Assembly: GCA_002633005.1 (NCBI GenBank)
Contig: NMRA01000357.1
Coordinates: 324,341-388,340, forward strand
DNA length: 64,000 nt
Source of the DNA: Phoronis australis
Lineage: Eukaryota > Animalia > Phoronida
Direction of reading: 5' to 3'
How positions within the stretch are numbered: position 1 is the stretch's first letter; each line of letters begins with the position of its first letter. The translations under genes were made by a program, and so were the position numbers. Below the pieces are notes generated by a model. The model was not told where the DNA came from. It did not search any database and saw only the letters and a program-made list of their open reading frames with translations. Below, piece after piece: positions 26,901 to 38,700 of this stretch.

Positions 26901-29190
26901 GAAAAATAGTGCATACGGTTGGTGCATCAGCCGAATCCAATACATGAAAAACCTGATTCATTTTGTCGTTATCAGCGTGTACTTCAAGAAATTTAACCTG
27001 TGTACACAAATGAAAACGAGCTGACGAGCTAGAGACTTGACTCAATGGTTTAGCAGTGGGGTCCAATGGTAATTTATCTCATGACCTTTAGAACACCATT
27101 AGATGAGAATCTCGATACCGGTTTCCGAGGGTTTTCATAAATTGTAGTAACGCGTCAGCTACAAATTTTTTCAAGGAGAATGCCACCCAAAAAACAACCT
27201 ATATTGTATCAATTTAAATCGAGTAGTTCTTCTCGATAACGGCAGATTTGGTTGCGTTACCTGACACCTGTCGGCAGACGGAGGTGTTGAAATTATCCAA
27301 TGGCGTAATTGGTTTCACTCGCAGTCTGTTCAGCGGTTCACAACACGGGTTACTGGTGTCAGCTTATCGCTTCAATTCATCGTTTAACACCAATAAATCA
27401 TCAAACTTCGATGTAAAAACCTTACAAATAACCTAGTTCTTATAAAAACGTGTTGTCTTATTTCGCTGTTACGGATATTTTGGTCTTGGACACACCGTAG
27501 CCTACAAAATTCGGCAGGCCAATTTACCAAGGTCCGTAGCAGGAGTTTGGGGTTTGTTCGGAGATAAATTCGAAGTATTCTTCCGTTAAATATAGACTGG
27601 AGAACCTAAATCTGTGTTGTTTATACTTGTGATTTTTTTAGTTCTAAACACACAAAGCGCTTGTTATCTCGGCCAGTAGCTCGGAACCCGATCAGGCCCG
27701 TCGAGGCCGGACTGATTCATTATCCCGGCCAGTGGGTTGGAACCTGATCAGGCCCGTCGCGGCCGCCAGGACTGGCACTAACATAAACCAGCTTGAGTTG
27801 TAAACTAAACCTCCAGTCACGAAGGACTAAAATATTGAGCCAAAGAAATAATGAGCACGTAATTATTTATGTGAATTAGCCACGAAACTGAAAATCTACC
27901 GTGACTTACTTGTCGGGGTTCGCGAAATTGGGTTCCCCTTCCACAGACCGTCAGGGCAAATGTTATACAGTAACAATGATTTGAATAATATATTTGTATT
28001 TCTAAATAAAGATTCCCCTAACGTGTGACAATAGCATATAAAATCGAGTAATTTTTTCGCAACAGCTTTCTGTCAGTAAACACTGAATGGGCATGCGCTC
28101 ACATGGCCTAGGTGCCAATTACCTTTGTTGCCGGCATCAAAAGCCGGTAACGCAGTGGTTTATTGACTACTGGCTTCTCAAAAGATTTGCACTCACGAGC
28201 ACTTCAAGACATTACAAATTGTATCTAGTGAAACAGACTTTGTTTCAATTTCATAAAAGCATTAGTTAGGATCATTTTAGGGTGAGAATAATTCATTTAG
28301 AAAGAGAACGCAGAATAATAAACGTCTACGTGGCAACTCGCCCGGCGCCAATTCCGACTTAGTCAAGAGCTCATCCGACGAAGATTTTACGTGTCGGACC
28401 ATTAGGTTTCACAGGCTATCAGTTCGATCCGGAATACACTGATCAAGAAATACTAGAGAGGCGCCGTGAACATGCATAGGCGACGGAACGTATGGATAGT
28501 TCTTTGGTAATCCGGAATTCGTCAGAGAAATCACCGTCGATGAAATGCCTGCCACAGACACGGAGATACATGTATTTCACGGCCTCATACTTGCTATCAA
28601 CAGCATACCTTTCATTCTTCACTACCGCGAACCACATCCTAAGCGGCATTTCGGGCTCTCGAGATAATAGAAAAAAAGATATACCCGCTGTTTTCGCAGC
28701 TTCATAGTTCGGACAAGCGGGAACCGATGCACTGCAACATAGCGGCATTCACTCGAAGACGAACCACTGACGTCGCTGCGTCGCTTCTCACCTGCCTCAC
28801 AGGTTAACGCGACACATCTCGGCAGGGTGAAGTCGGCGATGAGGATATTGACCGATTAAGACGGTAAAAAAGACTAATTAAATCGGGTGGCATTCTCCTT
28901 TAACAGAACCATCCACGCAGTGGTTGTTGAGAACGCCTTCTACCAGACACTGACGAAGGCATCAGCAACAACGAGGACGCAACCCCCTCTGCCGACAGAT
29001 GTGGTTTTCAAATGACACTTTTCGGTAATACCACTAGGTCGTAGCAGCAACTTAAATGTACCTCTGAGGTGATTGGTGAATGCGATAAAATTAATATTAA
29101 ATATTATATTTTGCAGGTTCCTCACTATTTTTGGCCTATCATACAGGTTGCGTGATGGTCGCCTGTGCAGTTGTCCTGAGTATACTGTAA
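8972..29190 (+). CDS. Multi-exon gene model: predicted GPI-anchored ShKT-IgV-IgV-EGF cell-surface protein (~429 aa)
   Basis: Ten phase-compatible AG/GT-bounded exons: 8972-8996, 10254-10301, 11101-11124, 12122-12268, 13176-13559, 13960-14019, 17471-17851, 22821-22905 (or its duplicate 20944-21028), 23367-23428, 29117-29190. They sum to 1290 nt (430 codons including the stop) with no internal stop. The three small 5' exons are the least certain. Confidence 0.7.
10254..10301 (+). CDS. Putative signal-peptide exon (VLVVAFCGLHRYFASG)
   Basis: ctgcttttag acceptor and a weak AG|gttcgt donor, phase 1-1. It completes the signal-like N-terminus MNTQSLCLVLVVAFCGLHRYFASG. Confidence 0.5.
10841..11067. 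mobile_element. MITE with CATGCGCGCACCCAG TIRs and 5-bp TSD AATAT
   Basis: Perfect 15-bp TIR with AATAT on both flanks. A related copy lies at ~25415-25577. Confidence 0.8.
11101..11124 (+). CDS. Putative 24-nt micro-exon (GGNHAPAV)
   Basis: tgtgtag|...G|gtatgg, phase 1-1. It is optional for the reading frame. Confidence 0.4.
12122..12268 (+). CDS. ShK toxin-like (ShKT) domain exon
   Basis: ECTDLAGPFCKALLKRWSYKQFCTNQSAYQHTASSNCQRSCNFC has the six-Cys ShKT pattern (C-x-D...C...C...CxxSCxxC). Strong polypyrimidine-cag acceptor and gtaagc donor, phase 1-1. Confidence 0.85.
13176..13559 (+). CDS. Immunoglobulin V-set domain exon 1
   Basis: GRSVTLECTY...KW...RYQGRAEI...YLKLKQLTEDDEGLYTC has the B-strand Cys, C-strand Trp and DxGxYxC motif. 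tacag acceptor and gtgagt donor, phase 1-1. Confidence 0.9.
13960..14019 (+). CDS. 60-nt linker exon (PCDQVQDQTGTLAEEDCPGR)
   Basis: ttttacag acceptor and G|gtatgt donor, phase 1-1, open frame containing two Cys. Confidence 0.7.
14524..15653. mobile_element. MITE-like element with ~100-bp imperfect TIRs
   Basis: GTGTAAACCAGATATCCC(A/G)GAGTCGAAAACAG... is inverted at both ends. No clear TSD. Confidence 0.65.
17471..17851 (+). CDS. Immunoglobulin V-like domain exon 2
   Basis: GGKTILRCHY...IQWTF...EPGTYTCIV...NSTYVDM. tatag acceptor and gtaagt donor, phase 1-1. Confidence 0.88.
18520..18985 (+). mobile_element. IS3EU/integrase-type DNA transposon 5' remnant
   Basis: Repeated CGAGAT motifs, then MDSTLDRSDAIRDLFKLRLTKKEINDVL...GIPRRNNY..., resembling the N-terminal HTH region of these transposases. 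Confidence 0.4.
20944..21028 (+). CDS. EGF N-half exon, duplicate copy (within probable assembly duplication)
   Basis: RQGSPCYNEEFCLNGGSCYDTDDISFC. Identical to 22821-22905. Confidence 0.55.
21520..22375 (+). mobile_element. Penelope-like element reverse-transcriptase fragment, decayed (partial duplicate at 20014-20500)
   Basis: IVIRRADKSNQYVIMD...GYLYGRPTSHK...MSLDANSLFTN are PLE RT N-terminal motifs, with frameshifts. Confidence 0.8.
22821..22905 (+). CDS. EGF-like domain N-half exon (C1-C4)
   Basis: CYNEEFCLNGGSCYDTDDISFC. tttttaacag acceptor and AG|gtagga donor, phase 1-2. Confidence 0.85.
23367..23428 (+). CDS. EGF-like domain C-half exon (C5-C6)
   Basis: RCATGFSGMHCQHQTSSLKGK. caacag acceptor and AG|gtaagg donor, phase 2-1. 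Confidence 0.85.
23837..23904 (-). mobile_element. tRNA-derived SINE head
   Basis: A box TGGCGCAGTGG and B-box-like GAGTTCGAGT. No complete cloverleaf. Confidence 0.55.
25624..25902. other. Assembly gap (N run) after a poly-C tract
   Basis: Run of n characters. Confidence 0.99.
25903..26445 (+). mobile_element. Non-LTR retrotransposon (CR1/L2-like) RT fragment
   Basis: GVLQGSVVGPLLFWIYFND...YADDS, followed by W...W and HLGILIDEKLSF motifs, with stops. Confidence 0.85.
27174..28899 (-). mobile_element. Second Kolobok-type family element with a decayed THAP ORF (28443-28748)
   Basis: 15-bp TIR AGGAGAATGCCACCC at both ends, with flanks TTCA and TTAA. MPLCCSASVPACPN...W...RVCGRHFIDGDF is a THAP C2CH pattern. 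Confidence 0.75.
29117..29190 (+). CDS. Terminal exon encoding a GPI-anchor-like hydrophobic tail (GSSLFLAYHTGCVMVACAVVLSIL*)
   Basis: ttttgcag acceptor in phase 1. Small residues are followed by a hydrophobic tail ending at TAA. AATAAA lies at ~29360. Confidence 0.65.
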
Positions 29191-30396
29191 TCGTACAAGC
29201 GGATAAGACGGTGCTGAATGGATATATGGATATGCGAAAGTTTTAATATCGGACTGAGGATTAAGCAAACTGAGAGATGAATAGCGACGTGGCGTATGAT
29301 AGCACCGTGATCTTCACACGTGTACATACACTATGTTAATTTCACATAAATGTACACCAAATAAAGATGTACCTTCATATCAAACGCTGAATAATTGTTC
29401 ATACATATCCATTCAACGTTCACCTATAATGACTGTAGATACTATTGTAGGTGAACCACAGACGCAAGAGTTGCGTGAAGGAAAGTAAACAATGTGATCA
29501 GGTGCTTCGTCTGTAGTAGATTGTGAAATCTCGCGAAGTCTCGTGAGATCTTGCATTTTCGTGATGTTTCCGCGGCTACGGAACACCCCTTTCTCTCGGT
29601 GATGCTCATAATGTGGTAGCAGCCATGTGGGGTCTGTTTCATGAATATTGACTGATAAAAGTCTAATGGCAGAAATTTGGCCTTACACTCTACATAAGTA
29701 TTCATGTAAAACAATTAAATCTCGATTTAGCAAACGCGCAATCTCTGAGAATATACCCTAAACTGCTAGTTACAGAGGTATTTTTGCGAATTATCTCTAG
29801 ACTGCGTTGCACTCAAAATTACATTTTTCAGTAATTGTGAATTGGGATCGTAAGACCAAATTTCTGTCTTGAGCCTTAAGTAATTTTATGAAACAGGTCA
29901 GTGACCGCAGATGATTTTACCTTTATATCATTTACAAGTACAACATGTTATCAAAGTCCTAATTTGGTCAAGCTGAAAACACAAACTTCAAATCGCCTTA
30001 AATCCAAATCAATAGAGTCGGAAAATCCTGCCGTCGAACGAATCGTTGAAAGCTGTCCCAAGTCTTGAAGGCGTGTAAATAAATTATAAACGCTAACTTC
30101 AGAAGCAAACCAAAAAGAGTCCACTCTACCACATAAACGATGATTTTCAATGATGTAGAACGGCTCAAGTTATTGCCATTTTGATGCTCGCTCCTCTAGA
30201 AGGTTACTACACTGCTCACTGCTCTCCATAAGTCCATTAATTGTTCCAACCACATATCGATTGTTTATAATACACGTACAGTGACACTCGAATGTTCCCT
30301 TCGTTTGTCTAACGGGGCAGAGAGTAACACATGTTCTAGGTACACTATATGTGATTGACACATTTCGAAACACATAACCCAAAAGTGGCCGGAGTC

Positions 30397-33300
30397 TTAT
30401 AGCTGCGTCATTTTAACGTCCACGTCCTCCTCGCGTTCCTTATGTTCGTTTAAGCCTACGGTGAAGTCTCTCTGTCCCTTCCTCCGTGCGATACAGCTCA
30501 GCACCAGGTAGATTAACGCCAGTGACACGGCGTAACCTATCTCTAAATAAAACAACGAATAAGGCGCGACGTTATCGAAGAGATACCCTCCAAGGTATTG
30601 GTAAATGAGCCCACCAACCCCAGTGCCAATCATGAGTACACACACCGCCATACTAGTCATGTCCATGTAAAGATTTGCCCAAGACATACCAGAAGGGAAC
30701 ACCGGGGCTATAAAGAAGCCAAACGCACACGTGAAAATCCACAGTACCAATTTTTGACGATAGCCGGCAAAACTGAGTACGAGTGCAGAAGCCAGAGCTC
30801 CTACTATTTCAATAATCAACATGTAACCAGGAGCGATCAAAAAAGAAACGAGCATACCAGCGAATCGTCCTCCTGTGAAAAATGCCCAGAAAAATGTATT
30901 CAACGTCGCCGCTTCGTCGCGGGTGAAAAACTCTCCGTTATCGAACTGTGTCCTGTTGTCGACTACGTAAGAAAATAGGAACTTCCCGTAAGCTCTTTCT
31001 CCACCGGCAACATGGATGTAAAATAGGAACAAGAAAATCAACATCAAGATGCCGAACAACAAATCTCCTTGCGCGCATTTGGCAGGATTCAATACAGCAA
31101 AGAACCGCTCTTTGCTTTCATGCAATTTAAAACCTTTCGGGGGTCCAACACAATAAAATGCCAGCATCACCAAAGCGATTGCGAAGACAATTACAGCTAT
31201 GATCAAGTACGCTACGTTTATCCTCGTTTCGGAAAGACCACCGGATGCGGAAGTGGCGTTCAAGGCGTCTCCAGTATCATTAAGTTCCTTCGCCAAGAAT
31301 GGCCGTGCAAGTTGCGGCGCAAGTATGGCGCCAAATCCAAAGCCAAAATGAAGAGACTGCATTGGTGCTGCTGACTTATCTCCCCACAGCTTCATACACA
31401 TGGCGTTTCCACCTGGAAATGAAATAATTGCACACTGGTATGAATCGCCATTGGCGCGAAGGCGCTCTATGTAAGTCATCTCGACATTGTGGCGGTAATT
31501 AATTTGTTGGTCAATCAGCAGCAGGTCGCAAGATTGAAGCATGATATGCCAAGAAAGTACCCACGCGCTGATGTCACAAACTGCTTCCAGGTGCAATTTT
31601 AGACACTAACTTTATATTTATGAAAATCTGTAATTTTGACGTCATACCAGATAACGTCGTAATAAGTAAATTAGCAATCTTTAAGAAGCTGTACCGTCGT
31701 GGACTCGGCAAATTCCATCTATCTTTTTTGTTACATTATCTGATTTATTGGTTTGGTTGTAACCAATGTAGTGTTCCTTTTGAAATACAACGGACTTGGT
31801 GGGAAACCCCACTTCATTTCACAGAGAGGAATTAAATCGCGTAGAGACTTTCCGCATTTAAACCTCTAGAGTAGAGTTCTATCCCAAATCATGAACCAAA
31901 GCAAAGTTCTACAAAAAGGTCGCTCCATGTGACTTTAATTCTATTTCAATGTTATCGATGAGGCCTTTAAAAGAATGACACTGCCTGTGTATTTTTGGCG
32001 TGCTTTTAATTTTTGATAATGTATTATAATTTCTGTCGTAGTTGTCAGAATTTCCTTTCTGAAATGCCGTTTTAAATCTCGTTCGACACTTAAATCAAGA
32101 TACCACACCAAGTACAGTACGTTGACCAATTACAAAAGTCAGATTGCTCATTCCTCCAATCATAGGAACCTAATCTCAAGTCTTTCAATAAGCAGGGGAG
32201 TCATCAAGCAGTTATTCGAGGCAACACTAGTGTACTTGTTACCTGCGTTGATAATAGCTTCCGCCAGGCCGTTGATAAAAAACATAGCCGACATCCCAGC
32301 TTGCACTACAAACCACGGGGTACACAGCGTGCACACGGCAGCCGCCATCATGGAAAGTGACATCAGAAGATCCACGTGACTTCTCAGCTTGTCGCACAAG
32401 AGTCCCCCTAGAGGTGCTCCAATTATTGCACCGATACTCTTAAAGATGAGTGACTGCGATATACCTTCAGTGGTCGTCTTAACCAGATCTCTTAGGTCTG
32501 GCAAGGTTGGGCCTGTGATCTCTAGGAACAGTCCCTTTAAAAAACATGCATGTGAGTGATCTACAAAATATTGATTAATGGAGTGACACCAAAATCATTA
32601 GCATTAATTGGGCATTTGCGGTACCGGTATTATAACTTGACGTGTCACTGACACGTTTAAAATGCATCTTGTAGCGAGTGGTTCAACGGAGTTGACTTAC
32701 ATATACATTTGGTCCTAGCTAACTGTACGACCCGGCAAGATCCCCACTAAGAAGAATGTGAAATTTGATTTCCAACTAATCTGCCATTAATTGGGTCACG
32801 TAACTGTACCTTTTGAAAAAATTAGCGAAAAAGAAAGATACATACATGGCAAAACAACAGTATCAAAATGACTAACTGTCGTCTGATGTAAATATACGAA
32901 GTGAAATCTCAAAGACGTTAAACGGTAAAAACTGACTAGATTTACCCCAGCTAGATGGGGAGTTGATTTGCATATCACATCATAAATGGCCTTCTCTGCG
33001 ACATATACTGTAAGTCTAGGTATCGACAAGACTGTTTCACCCAATGTGGCAATTTCAGCCACAAACTTGTGCCACGTCATTCATGTCCAAGCATTTTATC
33101 CCTGCATTCATGTCTCTGGTTTTCATCACCGTTTTGCTCTTTCCTAACAACACTTACAATCATGTAGTTCTACAAGACTTTTGAGTGAAAGTCATCCAAG
33201 TCATTAAATTCTAGTTTATATTATTGTTAAACATTCTAAAGAGATACAAAGACACTTATCTCACTTTGGTCTGATAACATACATGAAAAACGACTCGTAG

Positions 33301-35706
33301 ATCACACAGATTTCAAATCAATTGCCCCAAAATAGAGCTCTACGTGTATGACCCTTGTCAACTCTCCAACGAGGAACAAGTCTGAATTAGTTTTACAAAG
33401 ACCAGCGTGACTAGCGCTTCTGTGAGTTAATCGACTACTGAGGAGAAACCCTGGCAATCTCGAACCATTGAATTGTGTTTGTGACATAGCGAGCAAGACA
33501 ATTTGCTTATCCCGAAAATGTCCTAATTTCGCCGTATCACGTGACCAAACGATTTTGGGCGTATTCACTAATGCATGGTGCACCACTGAAAAAAGTGGGA
33601 TTAAATTCCCCCAGCCTCTCTGTGGTGCACCGCCTATAAGACATGGGTAGCGCAGCACATAAAAAGTTGGGCTATAGCCCCCCCCCCCCAGCACCCTATG
33701 GTGCGCCGCCCATGTTGCATTCTTGTAAAACGACAAATAAACGTTAACTTAGTTACAAGCAACTCATAATTGTTGTAACAAAAACATTTTTGTCGTTTTA
33801 TTAAGCAAAAGCGCACCATAAAATGAAGTTCAGAATTTAGCCAATACATTAAAGGCGAAGACAACCTTTTTCATGTCATTTTTAGCAAAAAATAAGGTTC
33901 GTTGATTATCCCAGACATATTTTTCACTTATTTACAGCTTTTTGGAATTTAATTAATTACTCGTCTTCTTCTCAGGAAGTGACGTTTCGGGAGGCAAGAA
34001 TTTCGCGCCAATTTCTTTTCATGTAGTCTGACTGTGAGAGCAGTCAAGTCAGTCAATGTTCTACCTCAGTTGTGATAAGTTCGGTCGTCGTTTGCTTTTG
34101 CTTACGAGTCAGTCAACATGCCACGCTGTTGCTGCGTACTAGGGTGTACTCATTATCGTCTCACGTACAGAGGCAGAGTTGTCCCACTTGCCCGAGTGTC
34201 CCGCGACACACTCCCACGGGAGGGTGATCAGCGAACCCAAACTGCTTACATCCCGCCGTGCGACTCCCTCACCACACATCTGGCACCTTCAAAATAGCTC
34301 CAATACAAGTCCACAATAAACTTATCAAACTTAGGCTCACCGATCTGTTCATTGGATGACGAACTGTCCTCTTCACTGGGTGTCGAACTCGGCCGGTATT
34401 CACTCCCACTACTCAACATCGCTGCAGGGCTGCTTACAGGCTCTGGGCTAGGGACAACAGCACAGGGCGAATCACTGCTAGTTCCCGGAATTGCACGCAA
34501 TGGGGTACGTTCGGAGGGACGGGTGACAGCTAGATGAAGTGCCTCCAGTCACTGTTTATAGTGGCCACAGCTCGCGAGGCTTAGGCTTCAAAAACGCACT
34601 TCTCGGGGTTGGCGACGGAGCACTGCCGGGAATCTTCAGGCGTTGTTTCGCAGGGACCTTCATCAATTCAGCGTACATATCTCTGTCGTAATCTGACGGC
34701 ATAAAATGCTTGCCGCACACTCGATAACCCTCCACTGCTTCGTACGTTGTGTGCGGGTAGCGCTGCGTTCTTCACATGAACGAGCTACATGTAGCCAAGT
34801 ACGGCGAAGTGTGTCATCCTTCGCAAGCGACGCAAGGTACCCAAAGCGCGTGTGAGACGATAATGAGTACATCCCGGCTCGCAGCAACAGCGTGGCATGT
34901 TGACTGACTTGTGAACAAAAGCAAACGACGACCGAACTTATCACAACCGAGGTAGAACAGTGACTGACTCGATAGGTCTCACAGTCAGACTATAATGAAA
35001 AGAAATTGGCGCGAAACTCTTGCCTCCCAAAACGTCACTTCCGGAGTAGAGGATGAGAAATTAATGAAATTACGAAAAGCTGTAATTAAGTGGAAAATGT
35101 GCCTGGGATAATCAACGAACCTTATTTTTGCTAAAAGTGACATGAAAAAAGGTTGCCTTCGCCTTTAAGCAATCGCTTCCGACCATGCTGTAGACTGGAA
35201 CCTTTGGTAGTAACTTTCAATAAACCTGAGCCAATTATCACAATCACTAGTCTTGATGTGAGTCTTCGCTATAGACTTGCTAATAAGACGTCATTTGGAC
35301 CCAGTAAAATAAAAATGAAAATGCCAAATTTATAAGCATTAAAAACAATTTGAGCACATTTTACGTTCCGCTTTTACTTTCTAAGCACTTTTAGGTATCA
35401 TTTCTCAGGGCTATGGATCTGCAAAAAATCAAATTTGCTTCCGAGATTACCTGAATGGGAAAACTATGAACCTGTGAAATGTTTGGGAGCGTTGCGGGCC
35501 AGATCGCGTCATCATAATAACACCAGGCACACCATAGTAAACATCTTGATAGACTTCCAATATCAACTTACTATACTGATCCAGACCAAAATCAACCCAG
35601 CTTGCTTTATAAGTCGGTATCTGAAAAAGGTCGACTCTTCGGTAGACGGAGCGGTCAGAGGTGCTTGTGAGCCGGACGTTGAAATTTGCTCGCCTTTGTC
35701 CGTCAT
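30397..35706 (-). CDS. MFSD4B: MFS transporter, MFSD4/sodium-dependent glucose transporter 1 (NaGLT1)-like, ~480 aa, 3 coding exons
   Basis: Exons 35706-35572 (MTDKG...LILVWISI, phase 0), 32534-32243 (GLFLEITGPTLPDL...GGLLCDK...IINAG) and 31412-30397 (GNAMCMKLWGDKSAAPMQSLHFGFGFGAILAP...FWAFFTGGRF...APVFPSGMSW). These motifs are typical of the MFSD4 family. The symbol indicates family, not proven orthology. An acceptor at 35716 implies an upstream UTR exon. Confidence 0.88.
33853..35164 (-). mobile_element. Non-autonomous Kolobok derivative with ~310-bp inverted arms, in an MFS-gene intron
   Basis: TTAA TSDs at 33849-33852 and 35165-35168. AGGCGAAG(A/G)CAACC termini. The internal decayed THAP region is homologous to 63260-64000. 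Confidence 0.9.
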
Positions 35707-38700
35707 GATGGCAACCTGAAAAAGTCACGAAGTACAAAGCATATACGTAATATCACCGTGCAAATTAAGTTTGCAGCATTGGAACAGGATGAATAAATAG
35801 ATTTGCCCCATGAAATTCAGTTGAACTGGTTAGTTTTCGTTTTCTACACACCACGCGATTCCCAGTGTTTGCTAGGCAGGCAGCTTTTGTGAAAAAAGTT
35901 TCAGCCGGAGAATATTCACATGAATAGACAATTCAATAACGTACAAATTTCACATCATCGCAAACATATCAGGTACAAATTTGGTAATAATTTTAGTCAC
36001 CATGGCGACTGTGTGGTTAAAGCTAATTCCTTGTTCAGACACACAATGCAAATAACATATAGTTGTCTTTACAACAGAAGTGAATTAAGAAGCCAAGAGA
36101 AAATATAACAAAAATATTTACAAATTTTACTGATCCCTATTTCCATGTGTATAGCCGCGTGTACTATCTTATGTCAATGTTTAGATACCGAAGACACTTC
36201 GTATCTTTTATCTTTCTCTCATTAAGTTTGCTTCGTGTCTACACTCAACGAAATCGGTACGTGAAGAAAACCTACGTCTAGTTTTAGGCAAGGAACTCAA
36301 AGCTATAAAATTGCAGTGGATCGTTAGGGCTTACAGTACGTGCAGAATATGTGATTTTAGTTTCTTCGACCCACACGTGACCAGCGTAACTGATTGCACC
36401 TCTGTATACACCTTAACGTGAAACGTCTGTGCTGTGCATAGGAACGCAACCCGACGCAACTTATTTTCCTAATCAAACGCCAATCCACCAAGTGTAGTAC
36501 AACAACCCAATTCCGTATGAAATTTCCTGTTGCATTCGGAGATTCTTATTTAAGGTTATGTGGGACCATATCGACAAGCCTGCGGATTCAGCCAAATGTC
36601 TACAAAGGTGTTGATTTTACTGTAGCTCGGTAAATGTACACATTTTCCGAAAGCAGGTCTGCAAACTTTGATTTCCGACCAATGTGCCACTGAATGGGTT
36701 ACGAGACCAAGTATTTTAGTAAAGGTGAAATGTAAAAAATACTGATACAGTAACTTTCATTTTCGTTTTTTTTTTTTCCTAAAATTCAAGACAGATCTAT
36801 TCTCGATTGCCCCTCGTGCTAATGTAGAACATTTTAAAAACAAGCCCCACCATCTTCTTGAGGGTCAGTGCATAAAGCATCGTTTGTGAAAGTGTCATGA
36901 GATTCCAATCAGCCATTTCTATGGTATGATGCTCTGAAGTTAGCCAAATGTGGACAATCTTGTAAGGTCTTACACCGTGGTCTTAAATTTTAATTGTATT
37001 GGGTTAATCTTCAATATCATTTTAGCACAATGCCGTTTTGAAGACGAGAGAACGTAGCAGTAGCTGGTTAGCCCTCAACACTGATACCACTAACTTTCCT
37101 GCAGAAAGCTTACATATACTTTTCAAATGAACGTCACAAATTAAATATAATGTATTTATACCAGAATAACATAAAATAACATAAGGTGATAAGATTTCAA
37201 TTCCGACAAACAAACGCTAAGATAACCTATTTGCCAAAAATCTGCGTTCACTAAGAGTTTACGTCAGCAGTAGGCTCGCTGATCTTGGCAACATTTAGTT
37301 CATTGATTCAAGATTATAAAAGTGTTACTTACTCAAATCCAGGCCGCTTGCAATGCTTCTGACCTTGAAGTCTTACAAGACATTAGTGTAAACAATGCAC
37401 TGTTTACTGAAATTTATTACTACTAACTTTCTGAACTATGAGTCGGACCTTATCTATTGTTATCTCATTGACAAACTGGTGGACTCAGATTAACTCACAC
37501 ATTAGATATACATGTAGGCAGAAATAAACCGTGAGATAATGTTCTGTCAAGAACACCGAATATTTCATTACGGAGTGTTCCCGTTGCTCCCAACCTGTTC
37601 GATTCTATAACCCAACAACAAGTTGGGAAGTTTACCCCTGAAGCCAATATCTTACACCACAGATTAACTCCAATCTGGCATTCATGGTTGGAGGGTTCGA
37701 TAATTGCACTAATCTTCAATAAGATCGTATCTAGCCTGACTGGGTTGTGCTGTTAAAAATGAAAGTTAAGTTATAACACATTTGAATATAAACCAATAGG
37801 ATTTCTGAAATCGTCGTCAACTGGTGATCATGTTTAGTTTTTGAATCGCCAAAATCGCCCAAATGCAATCGAAGTTACGACAATCTATTCTTTCTTCGGT
37901 TTGACGGTGTTTTCACGTAGTTTGTATTAAGCCTGGTAGATAATTGGCCTGCCTGTTGTAATAACAGGCAAAAGACTATGCTTGGCAGCTAACAAAGAAG
38001 CTAGATGATATCACACGCTCAGAACCCCCTACGTCTGGTAAAGTCACTGAACGGGATAACGCTGTCATGTATTTCAATTTATAAGAAAGGATCTGCATTC
38101 TCATGAGCATCGACGAAACCAGGGGGCGCAACGGTGTCAAGTCTTCTTTACAATGAGCTCCTCGCTCATTGCACAAAAGTCATTCCCTTTCTAAAATAAT
38201 TTCAAATTTTTGTTTTCCCCTGGTAATTGCCCTCGTGTTGCAGTCATTTCACATTCTTGTTGCACTCATTTCTGCACATACTCCTCCTGCAGTGGCCAAC
38301 AATTTTGTATTTGTCCTCTACTTGTAAAATAAAGCTGTATACGCCGGTGGCATGCCCAATGTACTTTGTACAAAAGCCAATGAATTTCAAACACACACGT
38401 CACAGTGGCCATCGCAGGCCCGTCGTGGTCAGGCTTGCTACCTGCCGACGTATAAGTTTCCTTTTTTAAGTCAAAAGGAGACGTAGACGGTTAACCCTTC
38501 AGCATTTATTCGGATTCCCACTGTCCACGGATTACTCTTCACCTGACAGACGCAGTGTTTCTTTGACTAACTGAGATCGCTAACCATGCTTGAAGTACAA
38601 ATGTTTACACTGTAGTCATTGTCAGATTTATCAAAACTGCCTTCAATGACTAAAACGCTTTAAAGTTTGGCTCAAAATTTTACTTAGTCATACTAGAAAT

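Noticed and set aside
31413-31596. N-terminal extension of the 399-aa ORF
   Set aside because: It is intronic read-through upstream of the acceptor at 31413. The true N-terminus comes from upstream exons.
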